Shown here piece after piece: positions 1 through 13,100 of a DNA stretch of 64,000 nt. Source of the stretch: Hypanus sabinus (Eukaryota); assembly GCF_030144855.1 (NCBI RefSeq), contig NC_082722.1, positions 21,328,001-21,392,000 of the forward strand, in the 5' to 3' direction. Every line of letters begins with the position of its first letter. Position 1 is the first letter of the stretch. The notes beneath the pieces were generated by a model, which was not told where the DNA came from, did not search any database, and worked only from the letters and a program-made list of their open reading frames with translations. Both the position numbers and the translations under genes were made by a program.

Positions 1-377
1 TTAGAATCAGAAATCGAACAACGAATCTTCTCTGGATCAAGGCACAACATAACTTCAGGTAGCCATTGAACATGAGTGGGTGATCCTTCCACTTGAGCAA
101 GATCGCCCTCCTGGCCATCAGAGACATAAAGGCCAATACCCGCAAATTAGATGGCTTCAGTTTTGTAATGCTATACTCAGCAATACCAAACATGGCAGTC
201 AAGGGATTGGGCTTAAAAATCACATTAAAGAGTGCAGAAAAACTTTGAAATACACCTTTCCAACAATGTTCAAGGCTCAGACATGTTCAAAACATATGAA
301 TTAGTGTGGCCACTCCATTAGTACATTTTTCACAGTAGGGGGACATATCTGTATAGAAACAATAGAGCTTGTCCATT

Positions 378-1540
378 GACGTCATCGTCGAAAATGGCAG
401 CTTAAGTCGCTAGCTCCTCCGGAAAAACGCGTATTAAGCCCCGTTAACTCATCAAATATAATATATTTCGAAAAATGTTTGAACTGAAAAGAGGGGCAAG
501 ACTGGGGAAAAGGAATGGAAATTAAAAAAGCAACACTGTGGAGCCTGCGGCCGAGAAGAGTGCAGCGAGCGGCTCTCCTACCCGACCGCGTGCGAGCAAG
601 GCGGCAGCTGGGCCTCGTTCAGACAAAGCGGTGAATATCTTTGAAATCCTGAAAGAGATAAGGGAGTTCCAGAAAGAAATAGAACAGCAGCGCCATGATA
701 TTAAGGCAGAGCTCGCCAGCGTTAATAAAAAAAAAGCGGTGGCAGAAACTCGTATTGAGAAGGTGGAAGATTGCGTTCAAAACGTGGAATGGATACTGAG
801 TAAGACAATAAAAATCATATATCAACAAGAAGGTAAACTGCTTGACCTGGAGGGAAGATCACAGTGAAAAAATATCAGAATCTACAACGTTCCGGAAGGA
901 GCGGAGGGCTCGTCTATGACGGAGTTTGTCGGAACGTTACTGCGGATCTTCCCCCGGCTATGAAGCTGGAAGTCGAAAGAGCCCACCATGCATTAGTCCC
1001 AAAACCTACCCAGAATAGAAAGCCACATTCAATAATAATTAAATTCCTTCGGTACAGCACCAAGGCGGCGATTCTACGAAGGGCCTGGGGTAAGAAGAGA
1101 GTGTTTTTAGAGGCTAAATTAATATATTTCGACCAAGATTACCCCCCAGCAGTCCTCCAGAAACGCAAAGAATACTCTGAAGTAAAGCGAGTAATAAGGC
1201 AAAATACGATTAGATTTCAAACTCCATACCCTGCTAAACTTCGAGTATTTTATGACAATGGGATACAGTTGTACCAGACAGTGGAAGAGGCGACTACAGA
1301 CATGAAGGGCAGAGGGTTGCCCGTCAGCATGACGAAAACGAGGGAAAGCCGACTGAGGAATTATCCCGCTCCGCTTGGGAAATAATGCGAGAATCGAGAA
1401 GGCAGGAGACGGGAGGAGGCCAAGAGAAGTATATCAGGAAGAGACCAGAAGCTTCCCAAAGACAGTCCTCACCCACTTCAGAAGAGCCATAAGGTTTAGC
1501 TAACTTTAAAAATGTTGAGAAGCTAAACAGAAGCAAAAGT
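378..1540 (+). mobile_element. LINE-1-like 5' UTR and frameshifted ORF1p (coiled coil, RRM, CTD)
   Basis: ORFs 538..867 and 864..1385: LEGRSx-x-NIRIYNVPEG, ERAH, YFDQDYP, YPAKLRV. Confidence 0.88.
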
Positions 1541-1544
1541 ACAC

Positions 1545-1800
1545 AAAACTACATAAAAAAACAGCACAGTGAGAAAAAAAAACACACAACAACTACACTA
1601 GACTTCAGACCTACCCAGGACTTCATAAAGTGCACAAAAGAGCGCAGGCATTACAATAAATAATAAACAGGACAATAGGGCAAGGTGTCAGGCCAGGGGC
1701 TGGGTATTGAGGAGTCTGACAGCTTGGGGGAAGAAATTGTTACATAGTCTGGTCGTGAGAGCCCAAATGCTTCGGTGCCTTTTCCCAGACAGCAGAAGGG
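1545..1800 (-). mobile_element. Rex1/Babar-type LINE 3' fragment
   Basis: Minus strand reads LSGKRHRSIWALTTRLCNNFFPQAVRLLN, the conserved C-terminal motif. Confidence 0.75.
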
Positions 1801-2810
1801 ACTGAATGAAGTCACTGTTAGAATTGTTACCCTCTTCCACTCATGACCTCAGTATTTGAACTAGTACAAGGAGTCTCAGTTTACGCCAAGCTTGATCTCA
1901 GTAATGCCTATCATTTTGTCCACATCTGCGAAGGGGATGAGTAGAAGATGGCTTTCAACATACCTCAAGCCTTTATGAGTATCTGGTCATGCCATTTGGT
2001 CTCACCAATGCCCCTGCTGTCTTCCAAGCCCTGGTAAACGATGTTCTCTGGGACATGTTGAACCAATTTGTTTTTATGTATCTCCATGACATTTTGACTT
2101 TTTTCTACATCTCTCGCTGAGCACACAGGTCATGTCTGCAGAGTTCTCCAGCGCCTTCTGGAGAACCAGCTCTTTGTGAAGGCTGAGAAATGTGAGTTTC
2201 ATCGCAATACCGTCTCCTTCCTGTGGTTTGTAACTTCAGGCGGTTCCATTCAGATGGAACGACAGAAGGTTAAGTCGGTGGTTGAAAGGCCCCAACCCTC
2301 TACTCGTTGGGAGTTGCAACGCTTCTTGGGCTTCACTAATCTCTATCGCCGCTTCATCAGAGAATACAGTACACTGGCTGCACCACTCACTGCTCTTACC
2401 TCATTGGCTGTCAGATTCTCCTGGGCCCCGACTGCTGAAAAAGCATTCTCTGTCCTGAAGGAAAGTTTCATCTCTTCCCCCATCCTGATTCAACCAGCAG
2501 TTCATTGTGGAGGTGGATGCATCTGATGTTGGTGAAGGATCTGTTCCCTCTCAGCGCTCGGCCAAGGATGAGAAGGTACACCCCTGCGCCACCTTCTCTC
2601 ACCGCCTCACTCCCACGGAGCAGAATTATGATGTCGGAAACCAGGAGCAGCTGGCTGTGAAGCTAGTTCTGCAGGAGTGGAGGCATTGGCTGGAGGGAGC
2701 AAAGGTGCCACTCTTGGTGCGGACTGATCACAAGAATCTGGAATATATCTGTACGGCCATGCGTCTCAACTCCTGTCAGCTTCGTTGGTCCCTGTTTTCC
2801 CTCATCTGAG
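1800..2810 (+). mobile_element. Gypsy/Ty3 LTR retrotransposon pol fragment (RT, RNase H), degenerate
   Basis: [62 protein letters not shown]. Confidence 0.92.
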
Positions 2811-5119
2811 CCCCCTGAGGTAATTGATTCTGCAGTAACACTTAATGGAAGCCTCCAGAATTGACCCAAGTAGTGTCTGTGGAGAGGACGGAGGGACAAT
2901 TTGGCAAACTAGTGATGCTGTCACTTTATTGCAAGTTATTGTGACACCTAAACACCTCAGCCTTCAGCAGCAACCCATCCCTCTTCAAATAAACAAATTG
3001 AAATTAAAAAGCTCTTTGTGTATAAACTTTTCCCGGGCTTCCAGCCAGGTGCTGGTACAGGAAGCCCAAGAAGAGTTTATTTGTCATGTACACTGGGAAA
3101 GCAGAAGATCCTTTTTCTCTTTGAGTATTTACACATTGTTGAAGTGAACCCTGGCAATGGGATTCACATTCATCCTGCACCATTGCCAGCAATCACCAAC
3201 ACCCAACAGTGGTTGGTTGTCCGTTGTGTCCAATAACAACAGAGAACCTGTGGAGGAGAATTCTTAAAGTGGAAAAGCTGCTGCAGTGGGGCAGTTCTGC
3301 TTTCTTGACCTTTGGAGTCCATGTCCAGTGGTCATCACAAACTGGGGGCTTCCTTGGTTGCAATAGATGACCATGACTGTTTTGTGCTCTGTTACCTGCT
3401 TCACTCTCCATGATGCCTTGCAGCATTTCCTTCCCAGCCATTGGATCTCATCCATCCAGTCCACCAGAGGTGACTTCACATACTTGGATAGGCATGTCCC
3501 TATCTCTCCGGGGTACAAGGCCCACCGGCTACCTTCTCCTGGTTTAGCCCACCCATAGAAACAGTGTATCGGGGTGTGGCCACTGTTGCATGCAGACAAG
3601 TATTTGATGAGAACTGAGTGTCTGCTGGTGTCCAAAGGTGAGTGTGCTGCTCCAGAATAGTCATGACAAGCCCTCTCACCAGAGGTGCTATCCCTGAACA
3701 CCCCACACACACAAACACTCTAAACACCACTCTTAAATGGAACAGGAGCATCTGTTTGAGGGGCAACATGAGGTCAGCATCTTCATTGCAATTCCATCTC
3801 TGACGAGATCTACAGAAACTCACCATGAAACTCACTTCAGAATCCTGGCCCTTCCTCATTCCGGCCCTTCACTATAAGATTGCTGTTGCCACCTGTGGCT
3901 CAGCAGGTAGTGTACTACTTCACAGTTCCACCTACCCAGGCTCAGCCCTGTCCTGCAGTGCTGTCTGTGTGGAATCCGCACAATCTTCCAGTGACTGCTG
4001 GAATTCCTCAGGATACTCCCATTTGATCCCACATCCCAAAGAAGAGTACGTCTGTAGGTTATCTCGTCATTGGAAAATAGCCTACGGGAGCCGAGTGAGA
4101 AAGGAGTTGCAATAGCCTCGGTGTGATGGATGGGATTGAGGGAGTCCCAGGGTGACTGGGGCAGGAGTGATTGTTGCTGGGTGGGTAGGGGGGATTGAAG
4201 TTGCAAGAGCCTCAGTGAATGGGGTGGGAGCAAGGGAACCCCAGGGTGACAGGTACATGAATTTGGGAGTCCCAGGGTGAGAGTTACAGGAGGGATGGAG
4301 TTGCAGGGCTTCTCTGGGGAGTCTCAGAGATAACATCTGGGTTGGAATCCTTGCAGCACTGAGAAAGAAACAGGTCTGACATCAGGTCCGTTAACCTACT
4401 GCCACTAGACACCAACTGATCTTTTCCCTTCCCTCCCCTCACTGCCACTCACTGGGACAGAGTGTCGATTCTGTCAGCTGATGTTCCCTTAATTCACTCT
4501 TCAATGTAAATGTTACAGCAAGTTTGCGGAATAGTTACAATTACTGAACATAATCAGTACAATATAGGTTAGAATTGACACCTGTATGGATATAAAATTT
4601 CTTGTAAATGTTCTATATCCTGCAGAAATACATTCACCTGTCAACAATTGTAATAAACCACTTTTTTTAAAAAAACAGGGATGATTGTTTTCTAAAATTG
4701 CTCAAGTAAGTCAGAGGGTATATCACTCTGAAATAAGGAAACTGCTATGCCTTAGTTAGTGTTATATAATTTTCATTTTCTAGTACATTGGTTGTACTTT
4801 CTAATTCCACTCCGCTCAAGGTGGGATGCTCAAAGAGATGATTGTAGATGTCAAAACAAAGGGTTTTGGCCAAAGACTTTGACTTTATTTCCCTCCATAC
4901 ATGTAATCTGACTTGCTAAGTTCCTCTGGCATTTTTCATGTGTTGCACAAAAGTGTTGGCCTGCTTATGATTGACAAGGAAACCAACCTATAAGGAGAAT
5001 GCCGATAAAGATGGCAAAATTTCAACCAGATATTCTGACAACTGAAGGATACCTTTGCAAATTACAGTAGTGGGTGATTTTCGTAATTAACATGTACAAG
5101 TTGAACATTGAAATCATTA

Positions 5120-6780
5120 ACACTCACAAAATGCAGGAGGAAAAGAATCTAAGGAAAAGAGTACAGTTGACATTTCAGGCCAATATCCTTCATCAGGACT
5201 GGAGGAAAAACGTTGAGGAGTAGATTTAAAAGGTGGGGAGAGGAGAGGGTGATAGGTGAAACCCGAATTGGGAGGGGAGAAGTAAACAGTTGGGAAGTTG
5301 ATTGGTGAAAGAGATACAGGGCTGGAGTGATGATGGCACTAACTTTGCATCTTCGGAAACAGCTCTATTTCCATCTTTCATCTCTTTTTTCTCATTTTCA
5401 GGGTTCTTTTGAAGACCCTGACCTGGAGTTACACTCTGACTTTGGTGCTCTGCGGGAATGGGACCTGCTCTCACGGCCTCATTTTGATATCCCAAGGACG
5501 CAGCCTGGAAGACCAGTGCACCTTCAGGGTGTTGTATTTTTGTAGCTCTGGAAACATGCTGATTCTAGGCCGGTGCCCCTGACTGAGGCGCCGTGGGAGA
5601 ACACGGATCTTCGGGGTCAGCGGGTTAGCTGCCGTGGGTTGTGTGTCCAGAAATCTGCACCTTTCTAGGGCTGATTCTCTGGGCGCAGAGCTCAGAAAAA
5701 GCGACACCACAGACTTTAATATCGTAAATCAGTGAGTTGTTTGTTATGTCCCACCTCTCACTGTGAAATCGGGACACCTCTTGTTTCCCTCATTGGGGAG
5801 AGGGAGAGAGCCTGTGGTATATTGAATTACCTGGTGAATGAGTAGTTTTTGGGGGTACTGCTAGTCTGTGTCTTTATTGATGCTTGCTGTATGCTTGAGT
5901 GCTCGGTGGAGGGTGCTGATGCTATTTGCTGGTGGGGATGAGTGGGGGAGGTTGCTGCTTGTGTGTGGGAGGGGGAGCTGGGGGAGGGGGCTGTGGGGTT
6001 CTAAAGCTTAATGTCATTCATTGTTTGGGACACTCCTCTGATTTTGTGGATGTTTGTGAAGGAAAAGCATTTCAGGATTTATATTGTATACATTTCTGTG
6101 ACATTAAATGTACCTGTTGAGAAGGAGGAATGTAATAGGAGAGAACAGAAGGTCATGGAAGAAAGAAATGGGGGCAGGAGCACCAGAAGGTGGCAATGGG
6201 TAGGCAAGGAGGTAAGGTGAGAGAGGGAAAAGGAGATGGGGAATGGTGAAGGGGGGGGGGGAACATTATCAGAAGTTAGAGAAATCGATGTTCAGGCCAT
6301 CAGGTGGTGAGCTTCCCATTCGGAATACAAGGTGTTGTCACTCCAACCTGAGTGTGGCCCCATTGCGACAGTAGAGGAGGCTAGGGATAGACCTATCAGA
6401 ATGGGAATGGGAAGTGGAATTAAAATGGGTGGCCACTGGGAGATCGCAGTTCTTCCGGCAGATGGAGTGTAGGTGCATGGCAAAGCGGTCTCCCATTCTA
6501 AGCTGGATCTCACTGATATACAAGAGGCCATACGAGGAGCACCGGACACAGGAAATGACCCCAACAGACTCACAGGTGAAGAGTCGCCTCAGCTAGAATG
6601 ACTGTTTGGGACCCTGCAGGAGGAGCTGTAGGGGCAGGTGCAGCACTTGTTCCACTTGCAATGACAAGCGTTGGGGGAGATCAGTGAGGAGAGACGAATG
6701 GACAAGGGAGTCTTGTAGAGAGTGATCTCTGCAGAAAGCAGAAAGTGGGAGTGGGAGGGTGGGAAAAGTATGCTCAGCGG
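5120..6780 (-). mobile_element. Penelope-like element fragment (GIY-YIG and 3' region), interrupted at 5330-6118
   Basis: ORF 6338..6523 YISE..RMGDRFAMHL..LPVATHFN; homologous to 47490-49085. Confidence 0.82.
5330..6118 (+). mobile_element. About 790-bp non-autonomous element
   Basis: A reverse-complement homolog lies at 25290-26100; no coding capacity. Confidence 0.75.
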
Positions 6781-7022
6781 TGTTATTGACCTTGATTGTC
6801 CCATTGTGGCTCAGCAATTGAATACCTGAATAACCATTTAGGTCAACAAATTACTATTAGGCTGGTCTTCAAGTGCAAAATGCAAGTCACCCATGCAAAG
6901 AAAAATTAGAGATATTGGTTCTGATTTTTAAGGCAAGTTGAAATAATAAATGCTGCTCTTAATTAAAGTTTATAATCAGCGGGATCTTTTCCAGCAAATG
7001 CAGTTTCATTTCCATTTCTTCT

Positions 7023-7102
7023 TTACTTATCTGATGTATAATTTGTATTTTGCTCTTTGGATGGTCGTTTTATAGCATAGTACCACAAGAATATATAAAA
7101 CC
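7023..7102 (-). CDS. adgrg3: Last coding exon (G)[25 protein letters not shown]-stop
   Basis: ctttgcag| acceptor, QG-F-Y-I-F-L-W end of TM7, TAA at 7023-7025. Confidence 0.92.
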
Positions 7103-10100
7103 CTGCAAAGATTCAAGAAGAAAATAGCATTGAGATATTAAACATTTTTCAGAATTTGTCTACATCTACTAGTTAATATGCTAGTTATTTTAGTTCTGAT
7201 AAAATAAAACATATCAAATATACACTCTGGTGACCATTAACTTAAATAAACCTTTCAGTTAATTCCTCTCATTTCTAAAATAAGTAATTGAAACATTAAT
7301 AAGTTAATAAAATAGCAGAAATACTTCAAGATCTGTTACTATTTATGGTCATTAATTTATAATTGTTACAATATACCTGGTAAATCTCTCACTGACCTTG
7401 CAGGGAGTTTAAGATGCAAAACAGGTACGTTTGAACCACGTACATTGGTCCATGTAAAAAAAATGGCAAAGCCCACGTGATGCCCAGCAAAGAACTGAGG
7501 CCGAGGACCGTCCACAGATCCTTCCACACAGATCTGGACACAGAACCGAATCCTTTTCTCATCTGAGCTAGCTTGACACAGACGGTGATTAGCATTGTCA
7601 AGTTCCAAAGCCATATCATGCTGATAAAGCCACAGTTTGTAACATAATGCACTTCATCATTTGTTATCCAGCACCTGTGTAAAAATATATAAACCATGAT
7701 CACGTGTCTGTCTAAATGTCTCCAAAATCTTTCACCTTATCTACTTCCATCACCTCCCATGGCAGTACGTTCCAAACGTTCAACTCCCTGTGTCTGAAAT
7801 CTTACCTGGTAAATATCCATTAGACTTTCATCCCCACATCTTAAACCTATGCCCTCTAGTGTTAGACATTTCTACACCACGAAAACAGTTCTAATTATCC
7901 AGCCTATCTGTACCTCCATAATTTTATTTACTTCTATCAGGTTGCCTCTCAAACTCTGAGGCTTCAGAGAAAATAATCCGAGTTTGTCCAACCCCTTCTG
8001 AGAGTTAATATCCTATAATCCATGATACATCCTGGAGTACGTCTTTGCACCCCCTGCAAAGACTCGACATCTTTCCCGAAATGGGGCAATCAGAACAGCA
8101 CACCATTCTCCAAATGTGGCCTAACCAAAGTTTTACACCACTGCACACGACTTCCCAATTTTTTTTCCCCGCACTTCTTTCAGACCAAAGGGGTAGCCAT
8201 GGGCACTCGCATGAGTCTCAGTTATGACTGTCTGTTTGTCGGTTACGTGAAATAGTCTGTGTTCCAAGCCTACACTGGTGACCATCCCGCACTTTTCCAT
8301 GCTACATTGACGACTGCATTGGTGCTGCTTCCTGCACCAGTGCTGAACTTGTCAATTTCATCCAGTTTGCTCCGAATTCCACCGTGCCCTCAAATTCACC
8401 TGGTCCATTTCCGACACTTCCCTTCCCCTTCTCAATCTCACTGTCTCTATCTTTGGAGACAGCTTATCCACCAATCTCTATTATAAACTAATGGACTCTC
8501 ATAGCTACCTGGACTAGACCTCGTTACACCCTGCTACTTGAAAAATGCCATCCCCATCTCTTAATTCCTCCATCTCTTCTGCATCCCTTCTGGCACTGGC
8601 GCTTACCTTTGCAAGCAGAGCAAGTGCTACACCTGCCTCTACACCTCCTTCCTCACTACCATTCAGGGCTCAAACAGTCCTTCCAGGTGAGGCAACACTT
8701 CACCTGTGAGTCTGTTGGTGTTATTTAGTGTTCAGTGCTCCTGGTGTGGCCTCCTTTATGTCAGAGAAGCCCGATGTAGATTGGGAGACTGCTTTGCTGG
8801 CATCTACACTCCATCCACCAGAACAAGTGGGATTTCCCAGTGGCAACCCATTATAATTCCACTTGCCATTCCATTCCAATATGTCCATCCATGGCCTCCT
8901 CCACTGTCATGATAAGGCCTCAGTTTGGAGGAACGACTCCTTATATTCCATTTGGGCAGCCTGCAACCTGATGGCATGAAGATTGATTTCCCAAACTTCC
9001 AGTAATGACTGCCCCCACTACTTCACCATTTCCTATTCCCTTTTCCCTCTCTCATGTTATCTCCTTGATCACACATTGCCTCCCTCCGGTGCTCCCCTCC
9101 CTACCTTTCTTCTTTCTTCCATGGCCTTCTGTCTCTTATACCAATCAACTTCCTAGCTCTTTGCTTCATCCCTCCCCCTCTAAGTTTCACCTGTCACCTG
9201 GTGTTTCCCTTTACCCTCCTCCCACCTTTCAGATCTACTCCTCAGCCTTTTTTCTCCAGTGGTGCTGATGATTTTTGACCCAAAACGTTGACTGTACTTT
9301 TTCTGTAGATGCTGCCTGGTCTGCTGAGTTCCTCCAGTGTTTTGTGCGTGTTGCTCGGATTTCCGGCACCTGCAGATTTTCTCTTGTTTGTTCCCAATTT
9401 TTTATGTTCAGTACCCTGACTAATCACTGCAAAGTGATATCTAGTTCAAAAATGCACCTTGAACAGATAAAGCTTTAACTTAATCCTTTCCTTATGTTTC
9501 CTGTTCAGGTCCATGATTTGAGACAGGGGTGGGGAGGGAAGAAAATTAGTTTTTTGAACTGAACTCATGGAAAGTTGGTAAGTAACCTCCGCTGATAACA
9601 TGCCACACGCTGTTCCACATCTAAGTCACTGCAACCATTTATCTCCTTTGTCCACGGAAAGGAAATGGCAAACATAGTATGATGTTTCTCCAGCTAATAC
9701 CGAGTTGCTGAAGAATAAATACTAACTCTATCCAAAGGATGTTGATGCTTTACTGGCCTACTGGTCACCCTCCAGTGGCTCTCCATGATAAAAAGTGCCT
9801 GTGGAATGTTTCATTGTTGGGTACAACATAGCTAATCTGAACCTGTTCCCTGACAGATTTCACAGGGTGGTAACCTGGTCACCATCTAATGCCCAATGTC
9901 AGCTGACTCAGAACCTCGGAGTGCTCTTGCCTGTGTGACTCTACCTATACACATCTAGTTCAGCTGAAATTCTCGTCACAGACTGAGCAATGGAGATAAA
10001 TATCAACATTGTTTCTGTTGGCATGGTTAACCAGACCTACATGGAAACAGAGCTGTTATTGTCCTGCATTTTGATTTGAAACTGTCCATAATTGTCCTTG

Positions 10101-13100
10101 TCCACTGCAATGCACAAAGTCACCACCACAGCAGGGATGCCTGTCAATAGAAGAAAATGACATGTATTCATCCTGTGGTCATCACATATAATTCACTATG
10201 TACGCTGTTGAGAATGTTAAGTTGTAATTGATTTATCAATTAGAGATTTGGCATAGTGATAAATCATTTTCCAAATATTGCATTCACGCCATGTCCAGGA
10301 ATAGCAGATGAATGATGAAGAATAATGATGTTTAAAAACCATACTTTAAATGTATTGTTGATTCCGCACCAAACTTTGCAATTGGATTATTCTTGAAGAT
10401 TCCTCAGTGACAGTCATAACTCAGCCCCAATTACTGTTGAATGATGAACGTGATGCAGACCACAATCACAACAAAAATGTGTTAGATGTGCCCAAAACTG
10501 AGGGGAGGAGGGAGAGTGGGGTTGAGGGTACAGGGAGAGAGGGAGAGTTAGATAAATAAGGATCTCCACAAAGCAGTTTCAGAATCTCAGAAAGGAGAGA
10601 AAAAGTATTGACATGAGTGGAAAGCAGCTGAAATGCAGGACCCAAGGCAAGGATATGGTTGGATGATAACCAGGCAATGATGTCAATCGGTTTTCCTCTC
10701 TGAATATTGCACTATTACCAGTAATGATACAATGATGGGAAGCAAAATGCAGAATAAGAGAATGAATAACTAATATTTGAAACAACTCAGTAGCATCTTC
10801 CATGAAATGAAGTTAGTTTGGGCTTATAATTCTATAACTGTTACCAGCTTCAGAAATGGGACATACATAGGTTTCATGATGGTGCTGTTTTTAGGAGTAC
10901 CAATGCCCAATTGACATCAGGCACCTATCCATCCTGTATTCTTTAGAAAAAAATATTCTACTGGACCAACTGATGTCAAATGTGTTCAAGAGAAAGTGAA
11001 AAAATGATCCAATACTCACCCCAACCCATCAAAGCCAGTTTCTGTATGTAGCGTTTGACATAGGTGTTGAGCACTTTGATCAGCATCAGGTAGAGATGAA
11101 GTCCTTCAATTGCCATCCATGTGAAAGTGCACAGTAATGAATAGTGAAGGAGCACAGCCATCGTCTTACAGAGACCATCAATCATCAGCTTACTGATCCA
11201 CTCATTGGTCAGGAAGTTCATATTCAGTAGAAAGCAAGCAATGCAGAGGTTAATGTGGATCTGGGTGGTGTGATCACCTTTATTCTTCCTAAAACAAAGA
11301 GACAACTAGATACCAACATTGTGAACTAGTCATACTTCAAGAACCTTTCTGATCCTACAGAGATAATATCACATGGAAACAGGCTTTACGCACCCATTTT
11401 AGTCATTTTCAAAGGCTTGGTGACTGTCAGAACAAGAGGGAAGTTACTGTGGGAACGGTGGCGGCATGGAGAACCAGGATTCAGAACTGTGTTTACAGAA
11501 GGGAGAGTCTGAATTCCAGGCAGAAAACATCTCTCAGCATTGACTCGGAATGTCCCCTTTCTGCCAGTCTTCCCTTCTCCTTTTCCTCCCCTGCTTCTCC
11601 CCCGTTCCTCCTCTCCCTCCCTTGCTCCCTCTGCTCCTGTTCCCCAGCACTTTGAGACTCTGAATTGAGAGGCTGAGCTGCATTCTGTAGAGTGCAGTGA
11701 CTACGAGCCACTGTGGTGCCGAGCTCCTCCAGAGAGTTTCACACACTGAAACACTTCATCAGCGAGCCTGGAGCCATCACCGAGGCTTTTGTTGTGCTTG
11801 TGTGGGAGCCACACAGGAATCAGCAGCCAGGTGGTAAAGAAATCGATCACCCCTTTGGTTTAACAGTGACTCAGGCAAGGGGGACACAGCTGGGTTACAG
11901 GCAGTGGCACACAAGGAGTATGCCATCGGCTGTAACCTTATTCCAGTGCAGATGTCCTCAATTAGCATTCTGCATCCAGTAAGTAATGAGCATTCAGCTT
12001 TTAACACTGAGGACACCACTGTCAACACCCTTGTGTTGTCAAGGAATCAGCTTAGCCATCAACTGGTTTGTAAAGTAGTGTCAGAGCTGGGTAATCTGTA
12101 GTTAGTGCCAGGGTCATTGTTGGGTAATTTATACAGAGATAGTTAGTGACAGTGTGAGTGATGGATAATCAGAGTCCATTTCTTTAACGCTCCATGGAAA
12201 GATAATTAGAAGGTTCACAGCAGAGACTGATCTGTGAAACACACAAGCTCCTGTGTGGGCTGAGGTTATGACAAGGTGCAGTTTGATCAGTGATTCTCCC
12301 ACAGAACTCACTGGATGGGGTCACTCACCTCACCACACAGTAAAGGAATACTGTGATGACAGAGAAGACGGCAGAGATCGCACAGCCAATCACAGTGATG
12401 TAGGATAATGATATCACATCTTTTTCATCCAACGTGTTGTTGTCCAAGCGTAAGTCCTTTGAGAAATAACGGTGATTGTTGAGCAATGATTAAACCTGTA
12501 CTCAGTCTGATTTGTCTATTCCTGGAGGTCATTTAAATTTTTGAAAATAAACTTTGTTGAAAATTAACAATGCCTGAAATGCGCCTGATGTAAACTTGAA
12601 CTGTTCCCAGGAAACAGGCGTCCCAGACAGCAGATCTGAACACATCTGCTGTTCATGCTGAAATGAGGCCACACCTCCCACCCAGTGAGTAGTTTGGTCA
12701 CACATGGAATCTGTCACTGCCATCTGGTGTAGTGTCTACAGATACATCCCAATCATGTTGCTGCTCGCTGTTGCACCAGTCAGAAATCACTAGTTGAATT
12801 CCAGACCCAGACAAGGCTCACACTGGTTGTTAGACTACATTGATTTCAAGGGGGATTGTACATCAATGGGTTTGGAGGCAAACAAGAAGTTGAGTTACTT
12901 TTTACAATGATTCTGTTTTCCTCCCAACATATTTAGTGTCAGTATTATGAAGCACAGAAAAGGTACAGTGGGGAGATTACCATGTCAACCCTCAATGGGA
13001 GCTGATCCAAAATGGGATCAGGGTAAATGGGTGCTTGACGGTGAGCATGGTCAGTGCACCGATTGACGGTTTCCTTGCAGTATGACCCCATGATGATCAC

